Below, piece after piece: positions 14,177-26,000 of a stretch of 64,000 nt of DNA (its first letter is position 1; each line of letters begins with the position of its first letter). The stretch lies in assembly GCA_047967505.1 (NCBI GenBank), contig CM106538.1; one strand, written 5' to 3'. This DNA comes from Dipteris shenzhenensis (Eukaryota). The translations under genes and the position numbers were made by a program. The notes beneath the pieces are model-generated. The model worked only from the letters and a program-made list of their open reading frames with translations. It had not been told where the DNA came from and did not search any database.

Positions 14177-14388
14177 CCTCCCCTTGGTGCCATGATCTTT
14201 TGGCTACTACAAGGTGGTCAGCTGTGAGTTACATTACATCACCTCCCCTTAGTGCATGCATTGCTACTTAAGGTGGTCAAGTGTTGTTTCTACATGTCAA
14301 TACCTCCCCTGGGTGCTTTCATAGCTACTCTCAAGTGGTTAGGCTTGATTTACAAAATATAGGCAAGGTTGGCAAGGGTTTTCGTTTC

Positions 14389-15196
14389 TCAATACATTCC
14401 ATTGATGTCACCATTTGGCTCATGGCTTGATGATGATGCTATGTAGTTGACTTGCTGGTGCTTCAATTTGCAATCTTCTTCCTTATGTCCCAGCTTCTTG
14501 CAATGGTGACACTTTGGTTTGTTCTTCAGTCTACAGTCACTTTGATAGTGACCCATCCTTCTGCAATGGTAGCACTTTGTTAATGTTTTACTGAATAGTG
14601 CTTGTTCTTCATTATAGCTATTGTGTGTAGATGTTGATGTCGATGTCGATGCCTTCAACTCTCTTTCTTTTTCAAGAAGAGAGGATACACATTTCTCAAA
14701 CTTTGGATCTGGCAAATTCTTCAAAGTGGTTGTCAGTGCACTGTACTTTGTAGGCATGCTTTTAAGGAGTATTGCAAGTGCATCTTTCTCTCCTACTTTT
14801 GCATTTATGCCCTCTAGTTGGGTCATAATGCTTTTGATTTTGTTGACAAATTGTGCCATGGATTCATTGAAGCCCATGTGCATACCATAGAATTCAATCT
14901 TAAGATGGATTTCTTGGTTTTTGGCATTTGCACCAAACACTGTGTTCAACTCATCCCATGCATCCTTGGCATGATCTATGGAGTCTATATGATGAATTAT
15001 GTTTGGACCCAAGTGCAAACCAATGAGTGATAGTGCCGCTTCATCTTTTTCCTTACAGGCATCATTTTATGCAGTGGGTATTTCTTCTTTTACAGTCTTC
15101 CAAAGCTTTTGATGCATCAGGAGATACCTCATTTGTGTAGACCACGTGTGGAATCCTTCTCCAGTGAACTCAACAGTTGGGGTGCGTATTTGCCAT
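14389..15196 (-). pseudogene. Copia-type Gag with two CCHC zinc knuckles; upstream part has a stop and a frameshift
   Basis: ORF 14389-15018 has a UBN2/gag-like core plus CYHCRRMGHYQSDC and CHHCKKLGHKEEDC. Upstream in-frame sequence reads FTGEGFHTWSTQMRYLLMHQKLWKTV. Confidence 0.88.
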
Positions 15197-15828
15197 TGCA
15201 AATGTCTTACTAGTTGAAGATAATTTCAAATTTGGCAGTGTCTAATCAAAAAATCTTAGTTGACAGGTGCGTAGAGCTCAAAAAACTAGTTATTTTCCCT
15301 TTTTGGATCGTGTGCAAATTCTTTCTGGATTGAGAGTTATGCCTCGTCGAAGATTTTGTGGAGAAGAGGGGGCCTTTGCTAATGTGGCACAGGGATTCAC
15401 ATGCAGAATTCCATACTGTGCTTAGCAAGGGCTATGTGCTTAGGTGGTACTATGCCATGTGGCAACTAACTAAACCAAACTTACAAAGACTTAACCATGG
15501 TAAGGTTAAACTAACCATAACCCTTAACCCAAGGTCATACTTAACCAAGGTCCAAGTCACTTAACCATGGTTAATTTCTATCTTTGCCACGTGTCTTAAG
15601 GTTAGAGAAGAAAAATAGAACTGTGAGGAGGCTTCTATGAGACGACGCAACGCGGCGAGGAGTTTCTGCGATGTAGTGAACGACGGCTGGAGCAACGCGT
15701 AGGTGTTGAGGATGGAGCTGCTTAACATGAGGCGTTTGGAGAAGCTGTCTGTAGTCTTAGAAATGCAGGAGGGTAGATGAAGCTAGAGCATATGCTGAGC
15801 GACGTTGACGGAGGCGCGGCTACTGTAG

Positions 15829-15933
15829 GGAGCGAGAGCAAATGAGGGCAGTCATTTGAAGCGGGATGCTGGCAAGGTTGTTTTGCAGCGTGGAGAGATC
15901 GTTGGGAGCTCCATAGAGGGGCACTTTGATGGC
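15829..15933 (-). pseudogene. Continuation of the same LEA_2 gene in the opposite orientation
   Basis: Minus strand reads AIKVPLYGAPNDLSTLQNNLASIPLQMTALICSRS. This is the family's K(I/V)PLYG...RSR segment, expected directly after VVLQA. Confidence 0.75.
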
Positions 15934-16550
15934 TCCTTAACAACAGTAATCGAGTCCTTCTCCAAGCTCTCCCACCATGCTAGTAGTGCTCCAGGCACTC
16001 TTCAACAACCAATAGCGCTTCTAGCCTCCTGCATGCTCTATCTCCTTGCAAACAGCCTTCAGAGGGAAACCTCACTCGGGCTCGCGTAGAGTCCAGCCTC
16101 AGTAATGGTCGCTCTGAGAAGGGCCTCGTGGGCTAGTCGACCTGCTCTGTTATCGAGGAAGAGCCAGAATCATGCAGAAGCAGCACCGCCTCGTAGATCT
16201 ACATGATCTTGCTAGTCCTCCTCTCCTGTGCCGTCTTCCTCGGCCTCTTCATCCTTGTCTTTTGGCTCATTTGCAAGCCTTGGCATCCTGCTATTTCTGT
16301 GAAGAATGTCATCTTCCACAATCTCTACATGGGACAAGGGACGGACGCATCTGGCATGCCTTCTCAGATGCTTACGGTTGACTGAACCGTGCAAATTGAC
16401 TATAGCAACCCTTCAAAGTATTTTGGAGCTCACCTCTCTCCCCTTCAAGTCGACTTGGACTACTCGCAGCTTAACATTGCAACAAGTCAAACGGATGACT
16501 ACATGCAGGGAAAAAATAGCTATAAGGTAATATCGGTCGTGCTTCAGGCC
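15934..16550 (+). pseudogene. Captured LEA_2 / NDR1-HIN1-like (LEA hydroxyproline-rich glycoprotein family) gene, N-terminal and central part
   Basis: One frame with stops reads SRHSS...CSVIEEE...TM helix (LVLLSCAVFLGLFILVFWLIC)KPWHPAISVKNVIFHNLYMGQGTDASGMPSQMLTV...YSNPSKYFGAHLS...LDYSQLNIA...VVLQA. This matches my recollection of the At1g45688/At5g42860-type family. Confidence 0.85.
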
Positions 16551-16820
16551 GCTATCTATAGATGCACTTGAAGCCTTTTTTGTTGATGGCCTACGCTTGG
16601 TCGTTAGATAGAGGCGGCTGAAGTTCTTGATCTCTCTCAAATGCTCACGAAAGGAGCAGAGATCTTTCAAAGAATGAATACTCAATGAACGGAACTGAAC
16701 GGAATTTTTCTTTCATCAACGGAATGAAATATGGAATCACTCGACACTCGATCTCCTTTGACCTCTCAATCACTCTCTCATGCTCTCGCAAGGATCTCGA
16801 TGTCTCAATGGAAGACAAGG

Positions 16821-16834
16821 GAGCTCTGATACCA
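16821..16834 (-). promoter_or_regulatory. Primer-binding site (initiator tRNA-Met)
   Basis: TGGTATCAGAGCTC on minus, directly after the 5' LTR. Confidence 0.9.
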
Positions 16835-17126
16835 TGACGAAGTGAGGGATCAAGGAGGATCAAAGCACCACAAGAGAGACATAGGGTAGCAAACACTCAA
16901 TCTATTGCAAATGTGTACTCAACAATACATGATAGGCTTCTTATATAGAGAGAGCCTTTAGAATAGTCAACATCTATGGGATCCTCTAATCCACATCTCT
17001 CCTTGTGGATATCCTTGATCCACATCTCTACATCATGTAGTCCACATCCTAGGGTGGCTACTTTAATTCTTTCCTATACCATACCTTAGCCTTTAATCTA
17101 TGTGCTCATGGCACCATATCTCAACA
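16835..17126 (-). repeat. 5' LTR of the nested Gag-only element
   Basis: About 97% identical to 13885-14176. Confidence 0.92.
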
Positions 17127-19611
17127 AGTTGGTGGTGATTGTTGCAATAAAGGTAGGAGTCCAGCTATTATCCGAAGAGGGCTTCCCATCAAGCATTCAT
17201 AATGTAGTATTGGATCAGCCTTTACCTGTATGAGATTTGCATGTACTAAGAGACAGAACACATTCCTCTCATCTTCATCCATGTGCTGGCATAGATCTCG
17301 AAGATTCTTTGTGCTTACTGGTCTGGTCCAATCAAGACCAGATACTGCATGTAACATTTTGATTTGCAAGTGTTTCCAGAGTATGTGTATTCTTCCTTCA
17401 AGGTGATCCTCTTGCTGGAGAACTGCAACAAGCTCTTGGTATAATGTAGTGATCCTTGTATCAAAAGATCTTGTGCTGACCCCTCCGCATCATCATCGGC
17501 TTGGCCTAGTAGTTGAATTTTCAACTTGGAAATTATAGCTTTTTGATTTTGCCACTCCATGCACTTATCTTTATACATACCCAATGTGGAGGTGTATGCA
17601 AGCTTTAGACTATTGAATTGTTGAGCTGCTTTTGGATGCCCTGTAACTTGATCATTAAGCATGCGGAATTGGAGTATCTCTTGTTCTTGAGTGTCTAGTT
17701 CTGCCTTGGTGTGCACAAGTATCTCCCTTGATTCCCTGCCTTCCTTCTCTAGAGCTTGAATTTGATGTTCACCCTCTTTTAGGATATTTTGCAACTCATT
17801 GTTTATGTCTAATGTGGCATGGAGCTAATCCTTTTTAAGTAATAATCTTTCATTTAATTGCATCAATTCCTTTTTGATATCATCACAAGTGGCTTGCATA
17901 CGGGAGAGGGATAACTTGACCTTTTCCTTTTCGTTCAAGGCCTCAAATAGCTATAGGTGTTTATCTTGGAGAGAAACCGTGGCTTGTAGGGCATCCTCTC
18001 TACTTTCTGCTAGAGCATTGTGTGCAAGGAGTTGTTGCTGCATTTGTTTTGCCATGCTTTCCTTAAGCTTCATAATTTCAGTCTCTGCACTTTGCACTTT
18101 GGATTGGAGTGATGGGAGCATCTGTCTTTCCATTTCTCTTTCCTGCTCATCTGACACCATGGTAGCAAATAATTGATACCATTGTTGTAACTGTTGGCTA
18201 TGATGTTGTATGATCTGGAATGTGCTATGGCCTTGCTTGTATTGGTCATACAGTAGATTCCCATGTGCCCATGTGGAATTTTGATCTATGACTTGAACAA
18301 GAGTCTGTTGTATGGTGCCACTAGAGACATTTGTAGGTTGTGACTCTAGAGTCATGGAGTTGTCAATATTGGTGACTTGTGATTCCTGGAGAGGTATGTT
18401 ATTTGGCTCTTTTGCAGTGTCATTATGTGGAATGGTATCCTCTTGGATTTCCATGTTTGAGTCCTTCTGTTGTAGGAGCAAGACTGAACTGAGTTACAGT
18501 ATTCTTTGGCAGAGTTGCACATTGTCATCCTCTGGAGTCTGTTTGGATTGTTGCCCTTCCATGCTGTCCTCATTGAGAGTAGGTGGAGGGTCTAATTCCC
18601 ATTCTAGCGATATTATCAATGCTTCAAAGTCCTCTATATCTTGTGTTGAGCAGGGTGTAGAGTCATCCTCTTGCTCTATTGCAAACCCAATTATTATGGC
18701 CAATAGATGAGCAATGTAGCTTTTGCCATTATGGGTAGTGGATACATAATTGGTTAGTAGCAAGGATATGTGTTGAGCCCAATCTTGTAGTTTTGCTCTA
18801 CCAAGGAGTGTAAGAGTTTTTACTGACATATAGTTTTTTCTCACTCCTGAATGATTGAAAATGTCAACCAAAAACTTAGTTGCCTCTTTGCATATGGGGT
18901 CCGAAATTATTTCATGGCATATTCCCCCGCTTTGTGACTTTGTGTTAGGTGGGAATAAATCCTGAATTTCAGAGAATCTTGCATCCAAATGTTTCTTTGA
19001 ATATTCTTCTTGTGCATCTGGAAATGAGAAAGACTCCTGCATAGTGGATCTACTAAGGTAGATCTATAAGGTATTTTCTTTATATGTTACTGTCCCATAC
19101 TTATCTTTCTCCAACTCTCTGCTTTTATATGATCTTATGAATTGACAAATGTATTTGGTCATAGCAGGTGTTGGTGAGAAGGATTTTAGCTTCTTAAAAA
19201 GACTACCTATCTCTTTGACTGCAAGAAGTTGTAAGCATTGGGTGACATGGCGAACATTCAGACTCGTGGCCATACAAGCTGTATTGTTCCATCTGTTGCT
19301 AGCTCTTTGTTGGTCTGGTCCTCAAGGTGTTTTGCACCAGCATTTTGCATAGTCAATTGCTCTGGCTCCATTTCTCCTACCTCTAGTATCCCTTGGTTCT
19401 GTGGCATTTCTTCTTGGCATGTTGCATTTATTTGCTCATCAATATCACTGTCCAAAACCACTAGTCGTGGTCATTTTGGTGCTGACCTCTGGGTAGGTGA
19501 CTTTGCACCGTGTCCTTCAGGTTGGTGATTTAAGGAGGGCTGTTGAGGTTGAGGATTAGGCTGTTTGGCATGGTGTTGCTTTGTCGATGGCGTTGTAGAC
19601 CTTTTTCCCAT
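17127..19611 (-). pseudogene. 5' part of the Gypsy extra ORF in the env-like position; Q/E/K/L-rich, probable coiled coil
   Basis: Candidate ATG at 19611. ORFs 19064-19273, 18494-19042, 17951-18481 and 17315-17794 share one frame. Two frameshifts link the flanking pieces. Confidence 0.7.
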
Positions 19612-20096
19612 CTTATTGGATTGTCTTCACCCTGGCATTGCACACATGAATCAGGTTCTAGTTTGACAGTGCCAATATAGTATCATGTGCCAAGAGTGCA
19701 TGTTTCTTTTGTGAGTGGCTAACGCATTTTACTCTTTTTGTGATGAGGGTGTTGTGTGTGTGGATTTACAACAAGTATCTCTTGGGGCTTTTATTTTTGT
19801 AATTTATTTGTGGTGCTCAAAATGTGTGGGTGCGCTATGCATGACTAGTGAGGTAGGCATTCCTCCTATATGCTTAATTTGCTAAGGGAATCATAGGGCA
19901 ACTAGGACACAGTCATCACCTCTGAGCCCTAGGTTGAAATCGATTGAAACTACCTATATGTGCGAAGGTGTACATATGCTAGTGAGTGCTCGTGGAACAA
20001 TCTGGTCCTAACTATGGAAGACTTGGGACCCCAAATCTTCATTATTGTCAGGGATGGCTTGCATGTTGATGTAGTAGCGCTTCAGTCAGCTCTCGT

Positions 20097-23000
20097 TTAT
20101 AGCAGCGCAGCTCCGATGGGATTCATTTTTTTGACTCTATAGGGTCCTTGACCTAGAAATTTGAGCTTGCCCTTATGGACTTTGGTATTGTATAGCAAAA
20201 CCAGGTCACCTTCTTTGATGTCTTTGTCTTTGAGGTTTCTATCAAACCATGCCTTCTTCGTTTTTCTGTTGTCAACTAATCTGGTCTCTGTATGCTTCTC
20301 TAATTGGTAGAGTATTTCTTTTAGCGATTCATGATCTCCCATGTGTTCTGTACTACTATGCGTAGACTAGGTATTACAAATTCCATTGGGACCATAGCTT
20401 CAAGGCCGTACAATAATTGAAAAGGTGTATTTCCTGTACTGCCCTTGAGTGTGGTTCTATATGCCCATAAGGCTGCATTTACTTTCTCTACCCAATTAGA
20501 ACGTCTTGGTTCTACTACCTTGGTGAGGACAATACATAGAATTTAGTTGGTGGATTCGGCTTGTCCATTCCCTTGCGGGTAGTAAGGTGTGCTCTTTCTA
20601 TGGATCACCATAAAGTGAGACAAGAGTTCTTGGATGACCTCATTGACAAAATGTGTGCCTCTATCTGACACAATTTCAATGGGACATCCAAATCAAGTGA
20701 TCACATTCTCGTACAAAAACCTTGCTATGCTTTTGGCATCTGCCTTTCTGATGGCTTTAGCTTTAACCCACTTAGTAAAGTAATCTTTGGTCACAATGAT
20801 GAAGCGTGCCTGTGTTCCTTTTGCTGCTGGATGGATGGGACCCACAAAATCAATCCCCCATTTCTCAAAGGGTTTTTGTGCAACGACTGTTGTTCGGGGA
20901 TTGAAGTCTTTGTGTTGTGGTTTAGAAGTTCGTTGGCGTACATCACAGCTTTTGACATATTCATAGGCATCTGACCAAAGTGTTGGCCACCAGTATCCTA
21001 TGAGGACTTTTCTTGCTGATGCTTCCCCTTGGAAATGTCTGCTTGCAATGCCTTCATGTGCTTCACTGAGGATTGGCATGATCTCATGTGGCATCACACA
21101 TCTCCTTAAAACCTAGTCCTTGCCCATCTTATATAATTGTCCTGCAATGAGTTGATAGGGTGCAGCTTTTAGAATTAGTTTCCTAGCATCCACTACTTTC
21201 ATTTCAAGAGGTGGTCTTCCTGCCATTAAATACCCAATGATGTCTGCGCACCAATCAGGCACAGCGTCTATTTGAAATAATGCGGCATCTGGTAGATCAT
21301 CTTCTATTCCTTTCGGCTCTTCTCCTATCCTCAATCGCGACATGTGATCGGCAATGAAATGTTGAGCTCCTTTTCTCACCACAATTTTGAAATTGAATTC
21401 TTGTAACAATAGAAGCCATCGAGTGATCCGACCTGTGGTACATGGCCGATTCACAAGATATAATAAGGCTTGATGATTTGTGTAGAAGATAAAGTCAGTA
21501 GCCAATAGATAGTGTCAAAATTTCTTCACGCTGTAGATCATTGCCAAGGCTTCTCTTTCTGTTGTGGTGTAATTCACCTCCGCATCATTTAGCTGTCTGC
21601 TTGCAAAGTATACTGGGTGGAACCATCAGTATGTACATGAAAGTCTATGTCCCAATTTGGTGCCATTAGAACAGGGGATGTGATCAATAATCTCCACTTG
21701 AGGGTTTCGAATGCTTGTTTGCATTCATCTGTCCAAATGAATTTGATTGTATAGGGACCTTGCAATCATGGCATACCTCAGTATGAATCGTCTATAGTAT
21801 CCAGCAAGTTCCATGATGATCTTTATTTTGTCCATGTCAGTTGTACAATCCCATGTCAAGAGACTATGTGTCCCAAGACTACTCCGTGTGTGACCAAGAA
21901 TTGACATTTTAGAGGATTCAAAGAGATTCCATACTCCCTGCATTTTTTAAGCACTTCTTCAAGGCATTTTAAGTGATCCTTTTTTCTTGAGTGTACACAC
22001 AAGTCGTCGAGCAAGACTTGTAGGAACTTGTTGAGAAATTCCTTGAAGGTGGTGTACATTACCCTTTAAAAAGTAGATGGGGCATTGCATAAGCCAAATG
22101 GCATGACTCTGTATGCAAAAATACCCCATTCTGTGGCAAATGTTATCTTTGCTTGATCTTGAGGTGCAATTTGTACTTGGTTGTACCCGCTGAACCCATC
22201 CAAGAAGCTATACACTTCAAATCCTGCTACCATTTCTAAAACTGTTTCAGTAAATGGTAGGGGATAATGATCTCTGATTGTTGTTGCATTGACGTTCTTG
22301 AGATTCACACATATTCAGAGCTTCTTGTTTTTCTTAGGAACAATCAAATTGGTGACACCCAATCAGTACGCTCGATCTCATAAATGAAACTAGCCTCCAA
22401 TAGTTTTTCTAGTTCTTCATAGACATGGGTGCCATACTTGGGATTTGTCCTGTAAGGTCCACGTACCTTTGGTTTGGATCCTTCCCTTATTGGTATGGTA
22501 TGTACTGCAACTTCTAGGGAAATCCCTTTCATTTCTTTGTAGGACCAAGCCATACAATCTCTATATTCCAATAGCAATGCTTTCGATTCATTTTCTTCTT
22601 CTAGAGTGAGCTGTTCACCAATGTATAATGGCTTTTCTTCTTCACCATCCAAGGCAAGATTCAATTTCCTTGTCTTGGCTGGTCCTTCATACACTGGGGT
22701 ATTCTCAATATTCTCTGTTTCTTTGAGCTCTGATTCCCTGACTGGCCTAGGCATTGCCATTGTTGCTTCTCCTCTAGTGTAGTTTTTGAAGTAATCGGGA
22801 ACTTCCCTTAGGCCTTCATGGCCCTGTGAGGTGAATGCTTGGCTGCTAGCTTCATTGGAATATGTTTGGTCCAATTCACCTATGTTCCCTTGTTCTTCTT
22901 TTTTGTTACCGGTGACCTTTTCACTCTTCATTCTCACATTGGGTTTGAACTTTCTAAGTTTTTTGCTTAGTGAGACCAGTGATGGATTTTCAATAGGAGT

Positions 23001-26000
23001 TGCACTCCCAAGGAGTGGTTCTTCAGCCATACAAAGACCTTCAAGCCCTTCAAGATCCCATTTAAAATTTGGGGACTCAGGTGCTTTTGTGGGCTTAGTT
23101 AAGTACAATTCTACCACTATTGTCTACATTCTTTCAAATTCATTGTAATGCTCTATCTTGGCCTTGTGGCGCTGTATACCCTCCTTCTTTTTCCTAGACC
23201 GCGGTTGCCTTTGGATTGTGATGGAGGGTCAATCTTGGGGAATTCAATGGCCATGAGTGCCTGTAGGAATTGCCAAGTCATTGTCAAATACTTGGCCTTC
23301 CAACGATGCATTATCAACTTCTATTTCCAGATCCCACTCTATGTTAGCACCGTAGCCTTCTATTATGGACTCTTCAGGGTCACTGTCCCATTCGATGCCT
23401 GTCATGAAGACTGGCATTTCCACTACTTCTAATTCATCGTCCCAGATTGGTGCTTCTAGTTGTATCATTTGGGCATCCACATCTGGCAACATGTCTTACA
23501 ATTATCTATTGTAGCCAACATTTGTATCCAATTGTTGATGTCACTCTGTGTATCCCCTTGTATGGGCTTTTGTGCATTGGTAGGTTCAAGGGATGCATGA
23601 CTGGTGGTTGTAGTGGAAGAAGTGTCTTCAACATTTCTAGGAATAGTGGGTTTGATTTCCCCTGTTCCCAGATTTATCTTTACAGCGATTTCTCTATTTT
23701 GGATAGTGATCCTATTGGTGCCCCAATCATGGAGTACCGACGCTTCTCGAAGCCATGGTCTTCCCAACAATAACTGGTATGTTGTGGCACTCTTGGGAAG
23801 ATCCAATATAGTAAACTAGAGTGTGAATCTTACTCCCGCAATTTTTGTTGACACATTGTCAACGATACCTAATGGCTTCATTTTCATGTGGTTAGCTAGG
23901 TAGATGTTAAATGTGGCCTTCTGCATTGGAGGTAGACCCCATTTTTCATATAGCTCTCGTGCCAGAATGTTTACTTCGGCTCCGCCATCCACTATTGTCG
24001 GGTATTGACCAAAGGCTTTATGCTCCAGCTAGATAATTACATTTTTTATGTCATCTCGAGCATCGAATTTTATCGAAATTGTCTTTTCCTCTTCTTCAGG
24101 TGGGGGGGAAGTATGTTGAAGATTCGATCCATCCCTTGAAGCTTTCCCACATTGTAGGGCAATTCTTAGTAAGGTCCCAATTGGCATCGTGATTGGGTAG
24201 TTTATCAAGCTTGCTAGTGCGATGCCATCCAATTGGGGATGTTTTACATGTTGCTCTATTACCTCTTGGAAGTTGTTGGGATCAATCACTGTGTCAATGC
24301 TAGGTGCTAATGGTGCTCTGTCCTCTGCTGCTGCCATTCTGTCTGCCTCAAATTTTTCTTGCTCTTGTTGAACCCATTGCTTCAAGGCTTGTTAGCGCGT
24401 CTTTTTAGTTTCAGCATTGGGGTATGCTTCCTTGGCTCCTTGGGTGGCACTTTTCATGGATATGCTAGGCATGGTCTCACTGTGTTGTGGGATTGGCATG
24501 GCTTGTTTTGCCAGAGGGCTCTTTGCTTTTTGAGCTGAAAGGAGTTTTTGCTGTGCCGCTTCTTTCTGTTGTCTTGTTATGATCAAGATTGGCTGTGATG
24601 CCACACTGTGATTTTCCACACTTATCATCCCCATGGGTACTTCAAGTTTTACTTTCGTGGTTAGCCGAGGCTTTGTTCTTAGTGGGCAATCCATGCAAGC
24701 ATGCCCAACTCTGCATTCCCTGCACACAGGTTGGAATGAAGTGGGGTTACCCTTGTGTGGGCATTCTGCTATGCGGTGGTTTTCTCCGCAACCAAAAAAC
24801 TTGATGGGTGTTCAATATGTGGTGGGTCTTACTTGATTTGCATACACCGGGATGAGTCCTTCAGCACCATCCATGTAGTACATAGGGTATTCTGCTTCAT
24901 ACTCATAATGAGGTTCCTGCACTTCAGTTTAGAGTTGTTGCACCAGAACTACTGGAGCAAGATTGGGAGCCCGTGGATATTGCGGGGGATTGGGATTCCT
25001 CATTAGTTGAGGCACTTGTGTTCTCACCGGGAGTGGGTTGAGATGTGGCACTTGTGCATTAGGTGCCAGTCCCGGTTGTTTGTACACTAGGATTTGCGAC
25101 GGTTGTTGGTATTGTTGGGGCCGGGGTTGTGCTACCCTCATATTGTAGAAGCAAGTATTTACATCATGCCCTGCAGCATTGCAAATGGGGCACCATAAGC
25201 ATGGGGGTTGAGCCACTTCTGGTGGGTTGAGTCTATTCCTCAAGATCGAGCATTCATTGGTTGTATGGTTGGCCATACAATGTGGGCACCAGACATTTTC
25301 TCGCCGTGGATATGTCTGAGTTGGTGGCTGAGACAAGTGAAGTTTTTGTTCCATGGCCTGCATCATGTCTTCTTTCAACTTCATGGTCATGGCCTCTAGG
25401 CGATCTTCATTTGATGTTTCAGCAGTGGACTTTGATTTGCCCTTTTTCAAGCGCTTATCTCGCGCACTAGGTCTACCATCATTACTGCTAGTGTCTAAGT
25501 CAGTCATGCCATCCTCGATGTCAATGGCTGCCGCATGAGCAGCACTGAATGTTTCATAGCTGTTTATCTTTTTCATATCATTTCAGATTTTCTTTCTTAG
25601 TCCCGCAATGAACCAGGCCGTGAGGTACTTTGCATCGGGGCGTGGGTCACATTTGGCAATTAATCTTTTCATTTTACCCAGGTACATGCGTACATCTTCT
25701 CGACGGCCTTATTCGATCTTGCTTAGTTGGAGAGCGGGATCATCTTGTAGCCTCTCCGTTTGAAAGCGTCGTTTAAATTCTGTTTGAAGTAGGTCCCGTG
25801 TGGCGCGCTCTTCCACTGGAAGGTCTAGGTACCATTCAAATGCTTCATCAGTTAAGACCATGGGAAACCAAGCCACCTTGGTTTCATGGGATTGATCTCC
25901 GCCTGCTCGGCATGCGGCATCAAAATGCTAGAGGAATCGGGCTGGATCTCCCTTACCATCATATTTGGGAAGTTCCAGTTTTTCTAAGGGGTGCCTGCCT
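20097..26000 (-). pseudogene. Gypsy gag-pol (gag, protease, RT, RNase H, integrase), disrupted
   Basis: Gag LPKYDGKGDP...EAFEWYLDL. Protease IVDGGAEVNIL...LLLGRPWL. RT FLDGFSGYNQV...VMPFGLCNAP and LLDDLCV. RNase H YTNHQALLYL...RWLLLLQEF. Integrase PFEKWGIDFVGP, with a GPY motif at the end. Confidence 0.93.

Larger units (their letters stand above)
13885..17126 (-). mobile_element. Gag-only (TR-GAG-like) non-autonomous LTR retrotransposon with a Copia-type Gag, 3,242 bp
   Basis: 292-bp LTRs (13885-14176 and 16835-17126, about 8 mismatches by manual alignment). TSD AGTTA/AGTTG. PBS TGGTATCAGAGC, PPT, gag present and no pol. Confidence 0.92.

Noticed and set aside
15600-15640. Poly(A) tail or TSD that would prove LINE twin-priming for the LEA_2 cargo
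   Set aside because: Neither is visible, so the mechanism is left open (template switch or later inversion).
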